Assembly: GCA_029555025.1 (NCBI GenBank)
Contig: JAKPTZ010000121.1
Span: forward strand, 7,425-71,424
Direction of reading: 5' to 3'
From: Deltaproteobacteria bacterium
Lineage (GTDB): Bacteria > Myxococcota_A > UBA9042 > DTJE01
Length of the DNA stretch: 64,000 nt
The first letter of the stretch is position 1. Each line of letters begins with the position of its first letter. The notes beneath the pieces are model-generated. The model ran no database searches and had not been told where the DNA came from. It worked only from the letters and a program-made list of their open reading frames with translations. Both the position numbers and the translations under genes were made by a program. Positions 48,356-58,464 of the stretch are shown piece after piece.

Positions 48356-51028
48356 TCAGTGAAGCTCGTCCCACCAGGTTCCATGACCAGGCTCGGCCAC
48401 AAGCGGCACGGCAAGCGCGGCCGCATTCTCCATCTCGGAAATCAGGATCTCCCTTGCGCGCTGGACTTCGTCATTATCGACTTCCAGAACCAGTTCGTCA
48501 TGCACCTGCAGGACGATTTCGGCCCTGACCCCGTCGCGTTTAAGGCGCCTGTCCAGATTGACCATCGCAATCTTGATGATGTCGGCCGCGGTACCCTGGA
48601 CCGGCATGTTCAGGGCCATGCGCTCGGCCGCTGTTCGAAGCTGGTGGTTTGGTGAATTTATATCCGCTATTCCACGCCGCCGCCCGAAAAGGGTCGTCGA
48701 GAAGCCGGTCTGGCGTGTCTGCTCGACCGTCTTCGACAGGAAGTCCCTGATTCCCGGGAAGGCGTTGAAATAGTCGTCGATTATCTGCCTGGCATCTTTC
48801 TGCGGAATTTTCAGGTCGCCGGCCAGGCGGAACGGTCCCATCCCGTAAAGCAGTCCAAAATTGACGATTTTCGCGACGCGTCGCATCTCGGGAGTCACCT
48901 GTGAACCTTCGCCCTCGGCCGGCAGCCGGTAAATTCGCCGGGCCGTTTCCGAGTGGATGTCCCGGCGGCTGGCGAATGCCTCGGCAAGGAACGGATCTGC
49001 GGCGAAGTGGGCAAGAACCCGAAGCTCGATCTGCGAATAGTCGGCCGAAACGAACTGGCGGCCCTCCGGCGCCCTGAACGCATGCCTGATGCGCCTGCCG
49101 GCCTCGGTTCGTATCGGGATGTTCTGCAGGTTGGGGTCTGATGATGAAAGTCGTCCCGTTGCGGTCACGGTCTGGTTGAAGGTGCTGTGAATCCTTCCGT
49201 CGGCGGGATCGACCAGGTTGTAAAGCGCGTCCGCGTAGGTGCCCTTCAGCTTGGAAAGCGAACGGTATTCAAGGACAAGTTCCGGAACCGGGTGCAGCGG
49301 AGCAAGTTCCTCAAGAACCTTCACGTCGGTCGAGTACCCCGAGGATTTCTTTTTTCCGGCTGGCAGGCCGAGCTTCACGAACAGGACATCCGCAAGCTGC
49401 TTTGGCGACATCGGGTTGAAAGCGACTCCGGCCGCATCGATTATTCTGCGTTCAACCGCGCGAAGGTCTTCCCCAAGCGAATGCGACAGGTCCGAAAGCG
49501 CCTGGCGGTCAACCAGGACCCCCTTCTGCTCCATGCGGCCGAGAATGCCGGCCAGGGGGATTTCCACGTCCTTCAGCAGATATCCCAGATTGGCCGCTGC
49601 GACGTTTTCCCGAAGGATGGCGTTGCCGGAACGCTGTGCCAGCAGGATCGCCGAAATCGCTTCCGGCGAAACATCAGCCCTGTTCGGCAGTGATGCATGG
49701 ATCGTCCTTTCGAGTACATCCAGCAGCCCGAACTGACCGGATCCCGCGTCAAGGACGTAGGCCGCCAGCACCGGGTCGAAGGACGGCGCGGAGGGTTCGA
49801 TTCCAAGCGGCGAAAGAAAGCGCGTCAAGTCCTTGAACCCGTGCCCGGACCAGTCCTGGAAAGCCCCAGCCAGCCTGTCGGGCGCGAGTCTTGCCGCATC
49901 GGAAAGACTGATGATGTAACACTGGTTGTCGTCGGTTAGGAATCCTGCGGATGCCTCGGGCCAGGGCGTGAAAAAGGCTTCCTTGTGAACTGACGACAGG
50001 AGTTGAAGGATTCCCGAGATTCGCCAGGGCTCCACCACCTTGGGGCTGATGTCGGCCGAGAGTTGGATCCGGTCGGCCTCCGGCGCATCGAAAAGGTCCT
50101 GCTCGACGAAGGCGGGACGTTCGGGGCCTGCCGGTCCGGTTCCCTGTGATGTCGAACTGCCGGCATCAACCCGGGGCGTCCCTTCGGCCCCGTGCAACTC
50201 CGCAAGCAGCTTCCTGAACCCAAGTTCGGAATAAAGTCCGGCAAGCGCCCCGGTGTCGGGCTGGCCCATGGCCAGTTCACCGATTGAAACCCCGACCGGC
50301 GCCATGTCTTCCAGGGTCACCAGCTTCATGGACAGCCTGGCATCATCGGCGTACTGCTCCAGGGCCTTCCGCGCGCGTGGCGGAACCGAGTCAATCGACT
50401 TCAGGATGTCCTCAAGGCGGCCGAACGAGTTGATCAGGTCTGCCGCGCCGCGCGCGCCAATCCCGTGCACCCCCGGCACGTTGTCGGACGAATCCCCCAC
50501 CAGGGCCAGGTAATCCCGGACGAATTCGGGATGAACCCCGAGCTTCTCAAAAACCGCTTCGCGGTCGTAGTACTTCTCCTTCATGGGGTCGTGAACCGTC
50601 ACGCCCGGCCCGACCAGTTGCAGGAGATCCTTGTCGCCGGACTCGATCACCACATCGACGCCGGCATCGACCGCCTGCCTGGCGAGAGTGGCGATGACGT
50701 CGTCGGCCTCGAAGTCCGGAACTGCGACAACGGGAAAGCCCAGCGCCGATGCGAGCCTCGGAACATACTTGAACTGAACTGAAAGGGCCGGATCCGTTTC
50801 CGGCCGGTTTGCCTTGTATCCCTGATACAGCCTGTTCCTGAAAGTCTCCCTTCCAACGTCTTGCACGAATGCGCAGTGCGTCGGCCTTTCCTGTGCCAGA
50901 AACCTGTTCAGCATCGTCGCGAGCCCGAAGATGGCGTTGGTCGGCATCCCCTGGCTGTTCGTCAGGCCGCGGATTGCGTGGAAAGCCCTGTGAACAAGGC
51001 CGCTTGCGTCAATCAGATAAAGCTTCAT
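48356..51028 (-). CDS. polA: DNA polymerase I
   Basis: 5'-3' exonuclease N-terminus (MKLYLIDASGLVHRAFHA) and Klenow polymerase motifs A/B/C, 890 aa. Confidence 0.95.
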   Translation of the reverse strand: MKLYLIDASGLVHRAFHAIRGLTNSQGMPTNAIFGLATMLNRFLAQERPTHCAFVQDVGRETFRNRLYQGYKANRPETDPALSVQFKYVPRLASALGFPVVAVPDFEADDVIATLARQAVDAGVDVVIESGDKDLLQLVGPGVTVHDPMKEKYYDREAVFEKLGVHPEFVRDYLALVGDSSDNVPGVHGIGARGAADLINSFGRLEDILKSIDSVPPRARKALEQYADDARLSMKLVTLEDMAPVGVSIGELAMGQPDTGALAGLYSELGFRKLLAELHGAEGTPRVDAGSSTSQGTGPAGPERPAFVEQDLFDAPEADRIQLSADISPKVVEPWRISGILQLLSSVHKEAFFTPWPEASAGFLTDDNQCYIISLSDAARLAPDRLAGAFQDWSGHGFKDLTRFLSPLGIEPSAPSFDPVLAAYVLDAGSGQFGLLDVLERTIHASLPNRADVSPEAISAILLAQRSGNAILRENVAAANLGYLLKDVEIPLAGILGRMEQKGVLVDRQALSDLSHSLGEDLRAVERRIIDAAGVAFNPMSPKQLADVLFVKLGLPAGKKKSSGYSTDVKVLEELAPLHPVPELVLEYRSLSKLKGTYADALYNLVDPADGRIHSTFNQTVTATGRLSSSDPNLQNIPIRTEAGRRIRHAFRAPEGRQFVSADYSQIELRVLAHFAADPFLAEAFASRRDIHSETARRIYRLPAEGEGSQVTPEMRRVAKIVNFGLLYGMGPFRLAGDLKIPQKDARQIIDDYFNAFPGIRDFLSKTVEQTRQTGFSTTLFGRRRGIADINSPNHQLRTAAERMALNMPVQGTAADIIKIAMVNLDRRLKRDGVRAEIVLQVHDELVLEVDNDEVQRAREILISEMENAAALAVPLVAEPGHGTWWDELH

Positions 51029-51115
51029 TTCGATTCCCGGGAGACTTGCACGCCGATTATGGCACGGAACATCGAGCTTTTGGGGAGCATGGTTGCGTAT
51101 GGTGAGATTGTGGCG

Positions 51116-53521
51116 TTACTGCAGGCTGCATTTGGACGTGATGCCGAAGATGTGTCCCGACTCGCCGGTCTGGCCCTTGGTCGAGCCGCTGCCACCGCTG
51201 AACCCTCCGTCGCCGCCAAGGCCGACAAGCATGTATTCGTTGGTTTCGCATGTCGGGTTCGAGGATGCACCGACTATGTAAAGCGGGAACGTCGGGCCGC
51301 CCGGTCCGCCGCCACCGTCGCCACCGTCGCCGCCGTTGCCGCCCTTGCCGCCAGACGCCCCGGCACCGGCTCCGTCGGCCGTGGCGGCACCGCCTGCCCC
51401 GGCCTGACCGCCATCGCCGCCGGCCCCGCCGGTTCCACCGACGCCGCCGCGTCCGCCGAACCATGACTTGAGCGTATTATTCTTAATGACCGGGCTGGAG
51501 TTCACCACGAACAGCCCGAACGAGCCGCCGCCGCCACCGCCGCCCGAGCCTGCCGTGCCGCCGCATCCACCGCCGCCGCCGCCGCCACCGGCGCCGCCGG
51601 CCGAGTAGCATTCCGCGCCGAAAATGGCCGCGTCATCGTCGCCACCACCACCGCCGCCGCCGCCGCCGCCCTTGCCGTGATCGCCGTTGGTGCCGGCCCC
51701 GCCGGTCAACGGAATGAACAGGCCGCCCGCGCTGATGCTTCCACTTGCGACGCCGCTTCCGCCATCGGTCCCGTCGTTTCCGTCCGGGCCCGGTTTTCCG
51801 ACAGAACCATCGGTCTGTTCATCGGGAGCTCCAGCACCCCCGGCCCCGCCCGAACCGGTCGCGGCGGTACCGGCCAGGCCGCCGTCGCCGAGCTTGCCGC
51901 CCGCGCCGCCCTTGCCGCCGTCCATCGAGCACGGGCTGCCACCGCCGGGCCCAGGCTTCATGTTCGTGTTGAAGTCGAATTTGGTGCAGATGCAGGGACC
52001 GCATCCGTCATAAACGAATGCGTCCGAGCCCTTGGTTCCGTTTGTACCGGCCTGCCCGTTCGTGCCGAAGTTGCCGTTTCCGCCCTGGGTTCCGCTGTCG
52101 GCTTCCAGGTAATTGTTGGATATCACCAGGTCTTCGTCGCATCCCATGACGTGCATGCCGTACGAGGAACCCGAAAGCTGAGACGACTGGGACGATTTCA
52201 CGTGGAATCCGTCGAATGTCGTCGGCTCGGTGATGTTTCTGGCCACGACGGCACGCACGGCAAGCGTCTCCTGGCCGTTCCAGGAAATGATTGACTGGTT
52301 GGTCACAAGGTTTCGCTTCCATCCGCTGTCGCCGTCATATCCGCCATAAACGCTGACGCCGTTCACCAGGTTGACCTGTTCCTGGTAAATCCCCTTCGAA
52401 ACATAGACTTCCGGAATTGGCGACTGTTCAGCCGCAAACGCCATCGCAGCCCCGATCGTTGCAAACGGGAAGGCCATCGATCCGATGAAGTTGTCGTCAT
52501 CGCCGCCGTTCATCACGAACACGCCGGTCTCGACATCGCCGTCAATCCCGTCACAGTCCGCGTCGATGTATTCCGGATCCGGATGGTCAACGGTCGATTG
52601 GAAAAGGCACTCGTACTCGCACCCGTCATCGGGCACGCCGTTCAGGTTGACGTAGCCCCGCAGGCATGCGTCCAGCTTGCATTTGCCGCCGCTGCACGAC
52701 GCCGTGGCGTTCGGATAGAAGCAGCGGGTCTCGCAATCGCCGCAGTGGTTGGGGTCGTTGTCGTAATCCGTGTCCGACGCGCATTCGCAGTGGTCGCTTG
52801 TCGGAACGCACTGCCTTGATATCGTGGTGCCGTCGATGCTGGTTGCCTCGACACATTTGAAGTCCAGTTCTATGACTTCGCAGGTCACTTCATCCTCGAG
52901 GCACTCCTCGATGGTTGTTTCGTTCTTGAAACTGCACTCGCCGGTGTTGTCGCAATCCTTGATCCTGGTCATCGACTCGCAATCGGAATCCTGGTTGCAG
53001 GACTGTCCGCAGTACTTCTTGTTGCCGTACTGGATGCACAGGGCACCCGCGGCGGTGCACTGGCTGTTTTCAGAGCATTCGGACTGGCAGAGCTGGTTGT
53101 AGTCTGGCATGCATGCGTATGCCGAGTCGCCGCCGCCAAGCAGGACCTGGCTGCATTCCCATCCTTCCGGGCATTTGCTTGAACACAGCCGCGTGCATCG
53201 CAGGTAGTTTTCATGAGGCATCTTGATGCAGTAGCCGCTTTCGCAATCGGGGTTCTCGTCGCAGATGCAGCCAAATCCCATCGGAGTCATGGCGCATGGA
53301 TCCCCGACATCCTCCGTGTCCTGGGAAAGCGCGTCGATTCCGTCCGCCTGCGTCATCCCGTCGCGGCCCTCGTCGTAGGCCGCATCAAACGCATCGAGGC
53401 CGCCCTGATCCAGCGTTATGTCAACAGGAATATTGACGTCCTCGCCAGGCTGGGAGCCACCGCCGCAACCGGCCATATGAATGGCGACCAGGGCCGAAAA
53501 AACAGTAATGACTGGACGCAT
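51116..53521 (-). CDS. Cys-rich repeat / beta-helix / poly-Gly lipoprotein (hypothetical secreted)
   Basis: Lipobox MAGCGGG and multiple 'CxxxxDCxSGYC'-type Cys repeats (myxobacterial Cys-rich repeat-like). Central beta-helix-like region and a Gly-rich C-terminal half with runs of up to 10 Gly. Confidence 0.6.
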   Translation of the reverse strand: MRPVITVFSALVAIHMAGCGGGSQPGEDVNIPVDITLDQGGLDAFDAAYDEGRDGMTQADGIDALSQDTEDVGDPCAMTPMGFGCICDENPDCESGYCIKMPHENYLRCTRLCSSKCPEGWECSQVLLGGGDSAYACMPDYNQLCQSECSENSQCTAAGALCIQYGNKKYCGQSCNQDSDCESMTRIKDCDNTGECSFKNETTIEECLEDEVTCEVIELDFKCVEATSIDGTTISRQCVPTSDHCECASDTDYDNDPNHCGDCETRCFYPNATASCSGGKCKLDACLRGYVNLNGVPDDGCEYECLFQSTVDHPDPEYIDADCDGIDGDVETGVFVMNGGDDDNFIGSMAFPFATIGAAMAFAAEQSPIPEVYVSKGIYQEQVNLVNGVSVYGGYDGDSGWKRNLVTNQSIISWNGQETLAVRAVVARNITEPTTFDGFHVKSSQSSQLSGSSYGMHVMGCDEDLVISNNYLEADSGTQGGNGNFGTNGQAGTNGTKGSDAFVYDGCGPCICTKFDFNTNMKPGPGGGSPCSMDGGKGGAGGKLGDGGLAGTAATGSGGAGGAGAPDEQTDGSVGKPGPDGNDGTDGGSGVASGSISAGGLFIPLTGGAGTNGDHGKGGGGGGGGGGDDDAAIFGAECYSAGGAGGGGGGGGCGGTAGSGGGGGGGSFGLFVVNSSPVIKNNTLKSWFGGRGGVGGTGGAGGDGGQAGAGGAATADGAGAGASGGKGGNGGDGGDGGGGPGGPTFPLYIVGASSNPTCETNEYMLVGLGGDGGFSGGSGSTKGQTGESGHIFGITSKCSLQ
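51526..51680. repeat. Low-complexity GCC/GGC trinucleotide run encoding poly-Gly within the lipoprotein gene
   Basis: Near-perfect (gccgcc)n tracts visible on the plus strand. Potential slippage-prone region. Confidence 0.5.
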
Positions 53522-53740
53522 GGCTTGCCTCTTCCAACAAACACACCAGATTGTATTTAATAACCGTACTTATTGGAAGGACGCGAAGCAATGAGGCTCT
53601 CGTCGTCTGTCACGCCCCCGGGGTATGTGATAGATTCCCAGCCTGGCGGCCTGGCGTCGAACTGGGCGTTTGGATGGCATCCAGGCCGCGGCGGCCAGCC
53701 CAGGAAGGGGTTCGGCGTTGAAAGAATCGAAGGGGGCAAT

Positions 53741-54436
53741 GTGTCCGAAAGGCAGTTTCATGCATTCGAAGGAGAAGATCTGGGGCCCGAGGCAATAATC
53801 GGCGGGGAGGGTCGGCTTGTTCTGGATAAGATTCCTGAATATTTCCAGAGATTTGAGAGGTTGATCCTGCCGTCCCGGCCAGATACGGTTCAGAATTTCA
53901 GGAAGCATCTGGATGGTCGTCCCGTGGTAGTTGAGGTCGGTTCCGGACGTGGGCGCCTGTTGTGCGAGGTCGCCCTGTCTCGTCCGGATGCGGTTTGCCT
54001 TGGTCTCGAGACCGGCCTTGGTCTTTGCGGGGATGCGTTGAAGCGGGCTGAAAAGAAGGGCGCGTCGAATCTTTTCATGGCCTGGGGCGATGCCCGGCGA
54101 ACCATTCCGATGCTGGTCGATCCGGGATCGGCGGACGCGGCGTACCTGCTCTTTCCGGATCCGTGGTGGAAGAAGAAGCACGCCAGCAGAAGGCACGGCG
54201 CCTTGACGGGGATCACCATTGCGAATGCGCTTCGCTCTGGGGGCATCCTTCACCTGAAGAGCGATGTCGAGCCATACCTGCATGAAATTGTTGCGGCTTT
54301 TCTTTCCACGGGCATGTATGATCGTCTGACTGACGATGAAGCAGTCATCGCGGCGATGCCGTTGACCGACCGGGAGGTCAGGCTCACGGCTGCCGGAACT
54401 CCTGTGTTTGCCGCGGTGCTGCTGCGCCGTGCTTGA
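53741..54436 (+). CDS. trmB: tRNA (guanine-N7)-methyltransferase
   Basis: 'VVVEVGSGRG' SAM motif and 'FPDPWWKKKH' TrmB signature. GTG at 53741 after GAAGGGGG gives a canonical 231-aa protein; the ORF opens at 53573. Confidence 0.8.
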   Translation: MSERQFHAFEGEDLGPEAIIGGEGRLVLDKIPEYFQRFERLILPSRPDTVQNFRKHLDGRPVVVEVGSGRGRLLCEVALSRPDAVCLGLETGLGLCGDALKRAEKKGASNLFMAWGDARRTIPMLVDPGSADAAYLLFPDPWWKKKHASRRHGALTGITIANALRSGGILHLKSDVEPYLHEIVAAFLSTGMYDRLTDDEAVIAAMPLTDREVRLTAAGTPVFAAVLLRRA

Positions 54437-54478
54437 TTCTTCCTGCGGCCTGCCGGGCCTTAACAAGGGGAGTGACCA

Positions 54479-56518
54479 ATGTCTGTTTCGATAGCAAGCG
54501 TGATTGCGATGTCCCTGATGCTGGTCGTTGCGCTGGCATTTTTCTCCGTCAGCATGTTAAAGCGTATTCGCGTGATGCTCGCGGGGAAACCCGAAGTCCG
54601 ATGGGACAGGCCGGCCCGGCGTTTTGCCGAAATGCTGAAGGTGGCCTTTGCCCAGAGCCGCATGTTCAAGGAACCAGGCCCCGGCATCATGCATGCTTTC
54701 ATTTTCTGGGGCTTCCTGGTTCTGCTCTTCAGATCCGCTTCCCTGATCGGGCGCGCGTATGCGCCGGAGTGGTCCTCGTGGACGCTTTTCTGGTTCTGTC
54801 CGACGCTGGACGGCTGGTACGCCCTGTTGAAGGACGTCACCGAACTGGTCGTGCTGGCGATGATTGCCTGGGCATTCTTCAGGCGCCTTGTCGTCAGGCC
54901 GAAGCGTCTGGAAAATTCATTTTCGGCCTTTCTTATCCTGGGTTTCATATCGTATCTGATGGTTTCCGACTTCATCTATGATGCGTCAAGGTTCGCGCTG
55001 CTGTCGGCAGGCGGCGTGATTCCGGACGCCATGGCTTCCAAAATCGCTCACGAAAGGGAGTGGTCGCCGATCGGCGCCATGGTGGCCGGCTGGCTTGACG
55101 GTCTTTCGCCAGGAACCCTCAAGGTTCTGATCCAGGTCTTCTTCTGGTCGCACGTTGGCGTGCTTCTGGTGTTCCTGAACGAGCTTCCGCTGGCCAAGCA
55201 CTTCCACGTCATCCTGGCCATTCCGAACGTCTTCTTCATGAGGCTGACGCATCCTGGCGCCATCGAGCCGATTCGCGACATCGAGGAACAGGAGACTTTC
55301 GGCGTGCTTCGCCCGACCGAGCTTACCTGGAAGCAGATGATGGACGGCTTTTCGTGTACCGAGTGTGGAAGGTGCACGGTCAACTGTCCGGCCGTCTGCA
55401 CGGACAAGCAGTTGAACCCCAAGCGACTCATCTGTGACATGAGGGATTACGTCCGGGAAAATGAAAAGGCCATCCTTTCCGGCGGGGATCTTGGCGAGAA
55501 GGCCAGGGAGGATGGTCGTTCCCTGATTGACGCCATCCGTGACGAAGTCATCTGGGAGTGCACCACGTGTAGATCCTGCGAGGAACAGTGCCCCGTCACG
55601 ATCACCCACGTGGACAAGATAATCGGTTACCGGCGCTATCTGACGCTGATGGAGGCGTCGATGGATCCCGAACTGGCGACTTGCCAGAAGAACCTGGAAA
55701 ACAAGAGCAACCCCTGGGGACTGCCTTCGGGTGAACGCGGGCTGTGGATGGTCGAGGAACTTGGCGTCCCCCTTCTTTCCGACAAGCCCGATGCCGAATA
55801 CCTCTTCTTCCTGGGATGTTCCGCGGCTTATGACGATCGAAACCGCAAGGCGGCCAGGGCCTTCGTCAAGCTGCTGAACGCGGCGGGCGTCAGCTTCGCG
55901 ATACTTGGGCCGGAGGAGGGTTGTTGCGGGGATACGGCCAGGCGGCTTGGCAATGAATACCTGTTCCAGGCCCAGGCAAGTCAGAATATCGAGGTGTTCA
56001 AGGAATACGGGGTCCGAAAGATCGTTACGATGTGTCCCCACGGATTCAACACGATCAGGAACGAGTATCCGCAGTTCGGCGGCGCTTTCGAAGTTATTCA
56101 CCATACGTCGCTGCTGGCCGCCCTGGTTGCCGAAGGCCGGCTGTCATTCGAAGGCGGCAAGTCCGATGCGGTGGTTTACCACGACTCCTGTTACCTTGGC
56201 AGGTATAACGGGATTTATGAAGATCCGCGCAAGGCTCTTGCGGGTGCCGGACTGTCCCTTGTCGAGGCCGACAGGTCCGGGAAGACCGCGATGTGCTGCG
56301 GCGCCGGCGGCGGCATGATGTTCCGGGACGAAAAGGAAGGAAGTCGCATCAACAGGTTGCGGGTCAACCAGCTTGTTGAAACCGGGGCGAAGAGCATTGT
56401 CAGCGCGTGTCCTTTCTGTCTGGTGATGTGTCGCGACGGCATCAACGAGGAAGGCATCGATCAGAACGTGTCGGCCTTTGACGTGTCCGAAGTGCTTGCC
56501 GAAAGGTTGAAGGCCTGA
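54479..56518 (+). CDS. Membrane-anchored Fe-S oxidoreductase (HdrD/DsrK/GlpC-like CCG-domain protein fused to an N-terminal multi-TM domain)
   Basis: N-terminal ~250 aa with multiple TM helices. Two 4Fe-4S motifs (CTECGRCTVNCP, CTTCRSCEEQCP) and two CCG domains (GCCGD, MCCGAGGG). Confidence 0.75.
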   Translation: MSVSIASVIAMSLMLVVALAFFSVSMLKRIRVMLAGKPEVRWDRPARRFAEMLKVAFAQSRMFKEPGPGIMHAFIFWGFLVLLFRSASLIGRAYAPEWSSWTLFWFCPTLDGWYALLKDVTELVVLAMIAWAFFRRLVVRPKRLENSFSAFLILGFISYLMVSDFIYDASRFALLSAGGVIPDAMASKIAHEREWSPIGAMVAGWLDGLSPGTLKVLIQVFFWSHVGVLLVFLNELPLAKHFHVILAIPNVFFMRLTHPGAIEPIRDIEEQETFGVLRPTELTWKQMMDGFSCTECGRCTVNCPAVCTDKQLNPKRLICDMRDYVRENEKAILSGGDLGEKAREDGRSLIDAIRDEVIWECTTCRSCEEQCPVTITHVDKIIGYRRYLTLMEASMDPELATCQKNLENKSNPWGLPSGERGLWMVEELGVPLLSDKPDAEYLFFLGCSAAYDDRNRKAARAFVKLLNAAGVSFAILGPEEGCCGDTARRLGNEYLFQAQASQNIEVFKEYGVRKIVTMCPHGFNTIRNEYPQFGGAFEVIHHTSLLAALVAEGRLSFEGGKSDAVVYHDSCYLGRYNGIYEDPRKALAGAGLSLVEADRSGKTAMCCGAGGGMMFRDEKEGSRINRLRVNQLVETGAKSIVSACPFCLVMCRDGINEEGIDQNVSAFDVSEVLAERLKA

Positions 56519-56545
56519 TCCCTCCGTTCCGGACAGTGGTCGCTG

Positions 56546-57514
56546 TCACTGGTCGCCACGGATTTCTTTAATTGTCCGACCCAGGCCTGCCTTCAAGGCG
56601 AAAGGCATGCAGCAGAGCGCCGTCACCGTCCGAATCACCGCAAGGGACGCCGTGGCGCTTGCCGAGAACGCGTCTATGGCAGCCGTCGAACCGCCGGCCT
56701 GCGTGACATAGGGTTCGAAAAATGCCCTCATGAGAACCATGGTGGGTCCGATCCCGGCAACGGTGATCGGAAGGACGCACGCGAAGCTGTCAACGGCGAA
56801 AAGCTGCATGAATACGCCGACAGGAATGTCCAGGTTGAACGTTCCGAGCATCAGGAAGTCGCCCGACATGTCGAACGCAAGCAGGATCACCCGCAATCCA
56901 AGGACGGCGGCCACCCCGGCCGGCCCGGAAGCTCGGAAGGTGTGCAGAAGACCGGAGGGCGCATCCTTCCGCCGCCCTGCCCGCGCATGGGCTGCCGCAG
57001 CCATGACGGCGGGCAGCCCCAGCAGGCCGAGTATCGCTCCAACCGCCAGAAGGGTGGGCACGCCGGCCTTCAGGTGGTCTCCGGAACCCGAGGCGAGACC
57101 GGCGATCAGTATCGCGGACACGACGAAAAGGTCGATCAGGTTCAGGGCTATGAACGGGCTTGCAAGCGATTGCCACCTGACAGACCGGCCCCTGGCCGCG
57201 GCCGCCGCGATCAGCACGAACGCCAGGTTATAGTTGATGAAACCGAGCAGGTATGACGATGCCCGGATTGCCAGCAGGCGGGGATAGGGAATCCCGATGC
57301 CCGTCCGTTGCAGAAGGGCGTGAAGTCCGGCCGAGTCAAGGAGCAGGTGCGCCGCCGCGAAAGCGACGGCCAGGATGGAGAAAGTCCCGAAATCCGCCAG
57401 GGCTACCGCCGAGCGCAAGCCATCGAATTGAGTTGTTGCCGCAACCCAGGCGATGAGGCCCGCGGTTACGAGCCACGGACCAACCCTGCGCGCCACTTCC
57501 CTGAATGTTTTCAT
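56546..57514 (-). CDS. Polytopic membrane protein, flippase-like / lysyl-PG-synthase-TM-like family (UPF0104-like)
   Basis: ~8 predicted TM helices. ATG at 57514 overlaps the upstream stop (ATGA). Confidence 0.5.
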   Translation of the reverse strand: MKTFREVARRVGPWLVTAGLIAWVAATTQFDGLRSAVALADFGTFSILAVAFAAAHLLLDSAGLHALLQRTGIGIPYPRLLAIRASSYLLGFINYNLAFVLIAAAAARGRSVRWQSLASPFIALNLIDLFVVSAILIAGLASGSGDHLKAGVPTLLAVGAILGLLGLPAVMAAAAHARAGRRKDAPSGLLHTFRASGPAGVAAVLGLRVILLAFDMSGDFLMLGTFNLDIPVGVFMQLFAVDSFACVLPITVAGIGPTMVLMRAFFEPYVTQAGGSTAAIDAFSASATASLAVIRTVTALCCMPFALKAGLGRTIKEIRGDQ

Positions 57515-58464
57515 CGCTGGCAGCCCCATGCCTTTCCTGATTCGACAAGCTCCGCCTGCACGGTAAGCCTGACGCCGGTCCGCCAGTCAAAGGGTGCCCG
57601 GAATCCGGACTCATACAGTTCGTGGCAGTCCATTGCGACTGCACTTCCGGGAAACGGGTGCGGGCCGTCGCGGGGATCTTTTCCGGAATCTTCAGGGACT
57701 TCGGGCTCAAGCCCGAGTTCGCTGCGGACTTCGGCCACAAAACCCGCCGGGGTGACCGGATCCGGCCCGGCGACCGGAATGCGGCGAATGCCGGGCCCGG
57801 AAGGGCTTGATGAGATGTGGACAATCGCGTGCGCAACCGTATCGACGAAGCCGTCGGGCATGGCGTTGTCGCCGTTGCCCGCGAACCGTACCGGTCGTCC
57901 GGTCATGATGGCGCGGATGACATCCCTTGTCCTTCCGCGCCGGCCGTCCGGGTCGTGGTCGCCCGGCCCCCACATCATTGGCAGGATGACCCATGTGACA
58001 TCAAGCCAGGGCTGATCCGCAAGGACCAGGAAGGCTTCAAGCTTTCCCCTGGCGTGTTCGTCGTCGGCCATCAGCGGCGAGTCGGATCTTATCGTCCCGC
58101 CTTCAGCCAGGATTCGTGCATGTTCGCCGATCGTGGACGTGATGACGAATGATGGGAGCCTGATGCCGGAATCCGCCACCGTCCGGCACGCGCTGACCAG
58201 TTGGACGGCGTCGTCGGCACTCGATATCGCCGTGTCAATCCATGTGGTGGCGCCGGACTGCAGAAGCATCTTCGCCAGATCGGGTCGTTGCCGGTCTCCG
58301 GTAATCCGGGTGACGCCGCCTGTCTGTCGGATCGGGCGCCGCCTGGAGACTCCCGCAATCCCGTCGACCGGACGCCCGGAAGCGGTCGATGCGGATGCCG
58401 CGGCCAGGCACAGGCGATGTCCCAGGAATCCTCCGGCCCCGACGATGATGGTGTGGAATTTCAC
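57511..58464 (-). CDS. NAD-dependent epimerase/dehydratase family (SDR-type Rossmann) protein
   Basis: 'IIVGAGGFLG' dinucleotide motif. GTG start overlaps the radical-SAM stop (GTGA); the ORF opens at 58563 but would then overlap the upstream gene by 100 nt. Confidence 0.6.
   Translation of the reverse strand: MKFHTIIVGAGGFLGHRLCLAAASASTASGRPVDGIAGVSRRRPIRQTGGVTRITGDRQRPDLAKMLLQSGATTWIDTAISSADDAVQLVSACRTVADSGIRLPSFVITSTIGEHARILAEGGTIRSDSPLMADDEHARGKLEAFLVLADQPWLDVTWVILPMMWGPGDHDPDGRRGRTRDVIRAIMTGRPVRFAGNGDNAMPDGFVDTVAHAIVHISSSPSGPGIRRIPVAGPDPVTPAGFVAEVRSELGLEPEVPEDSGKDPRDGPHPFPGSAVAMDCHELYESGFRAPFDWRTGVRLTVQAELVESGKAWGCQR

Noticed and set aside
48315-48356. Possible bidirectional terminator between the acetyl-CoA synthetase gene and polA
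   Set aside because: No convincing stem-loop plus T-tract could be identified by eye. Only short GC-rich partial palindromes are present.
51526-51680. Periodic GCC/GGC repeats that superficially look like a short tandem repeat array
   Set aside because: Not a CRISPR or intergenic repeat. It is in frame within the lipoprotein gene and encodes poly-Gly.
53573-53740. Longer N-terminal extension of trmB (MRLSSS… start)
   Set aside because: Adds ~55 aa with no homology. The GTG at 53741 with a strong GAAGGGGG RBS gives the canonical TrmB length.
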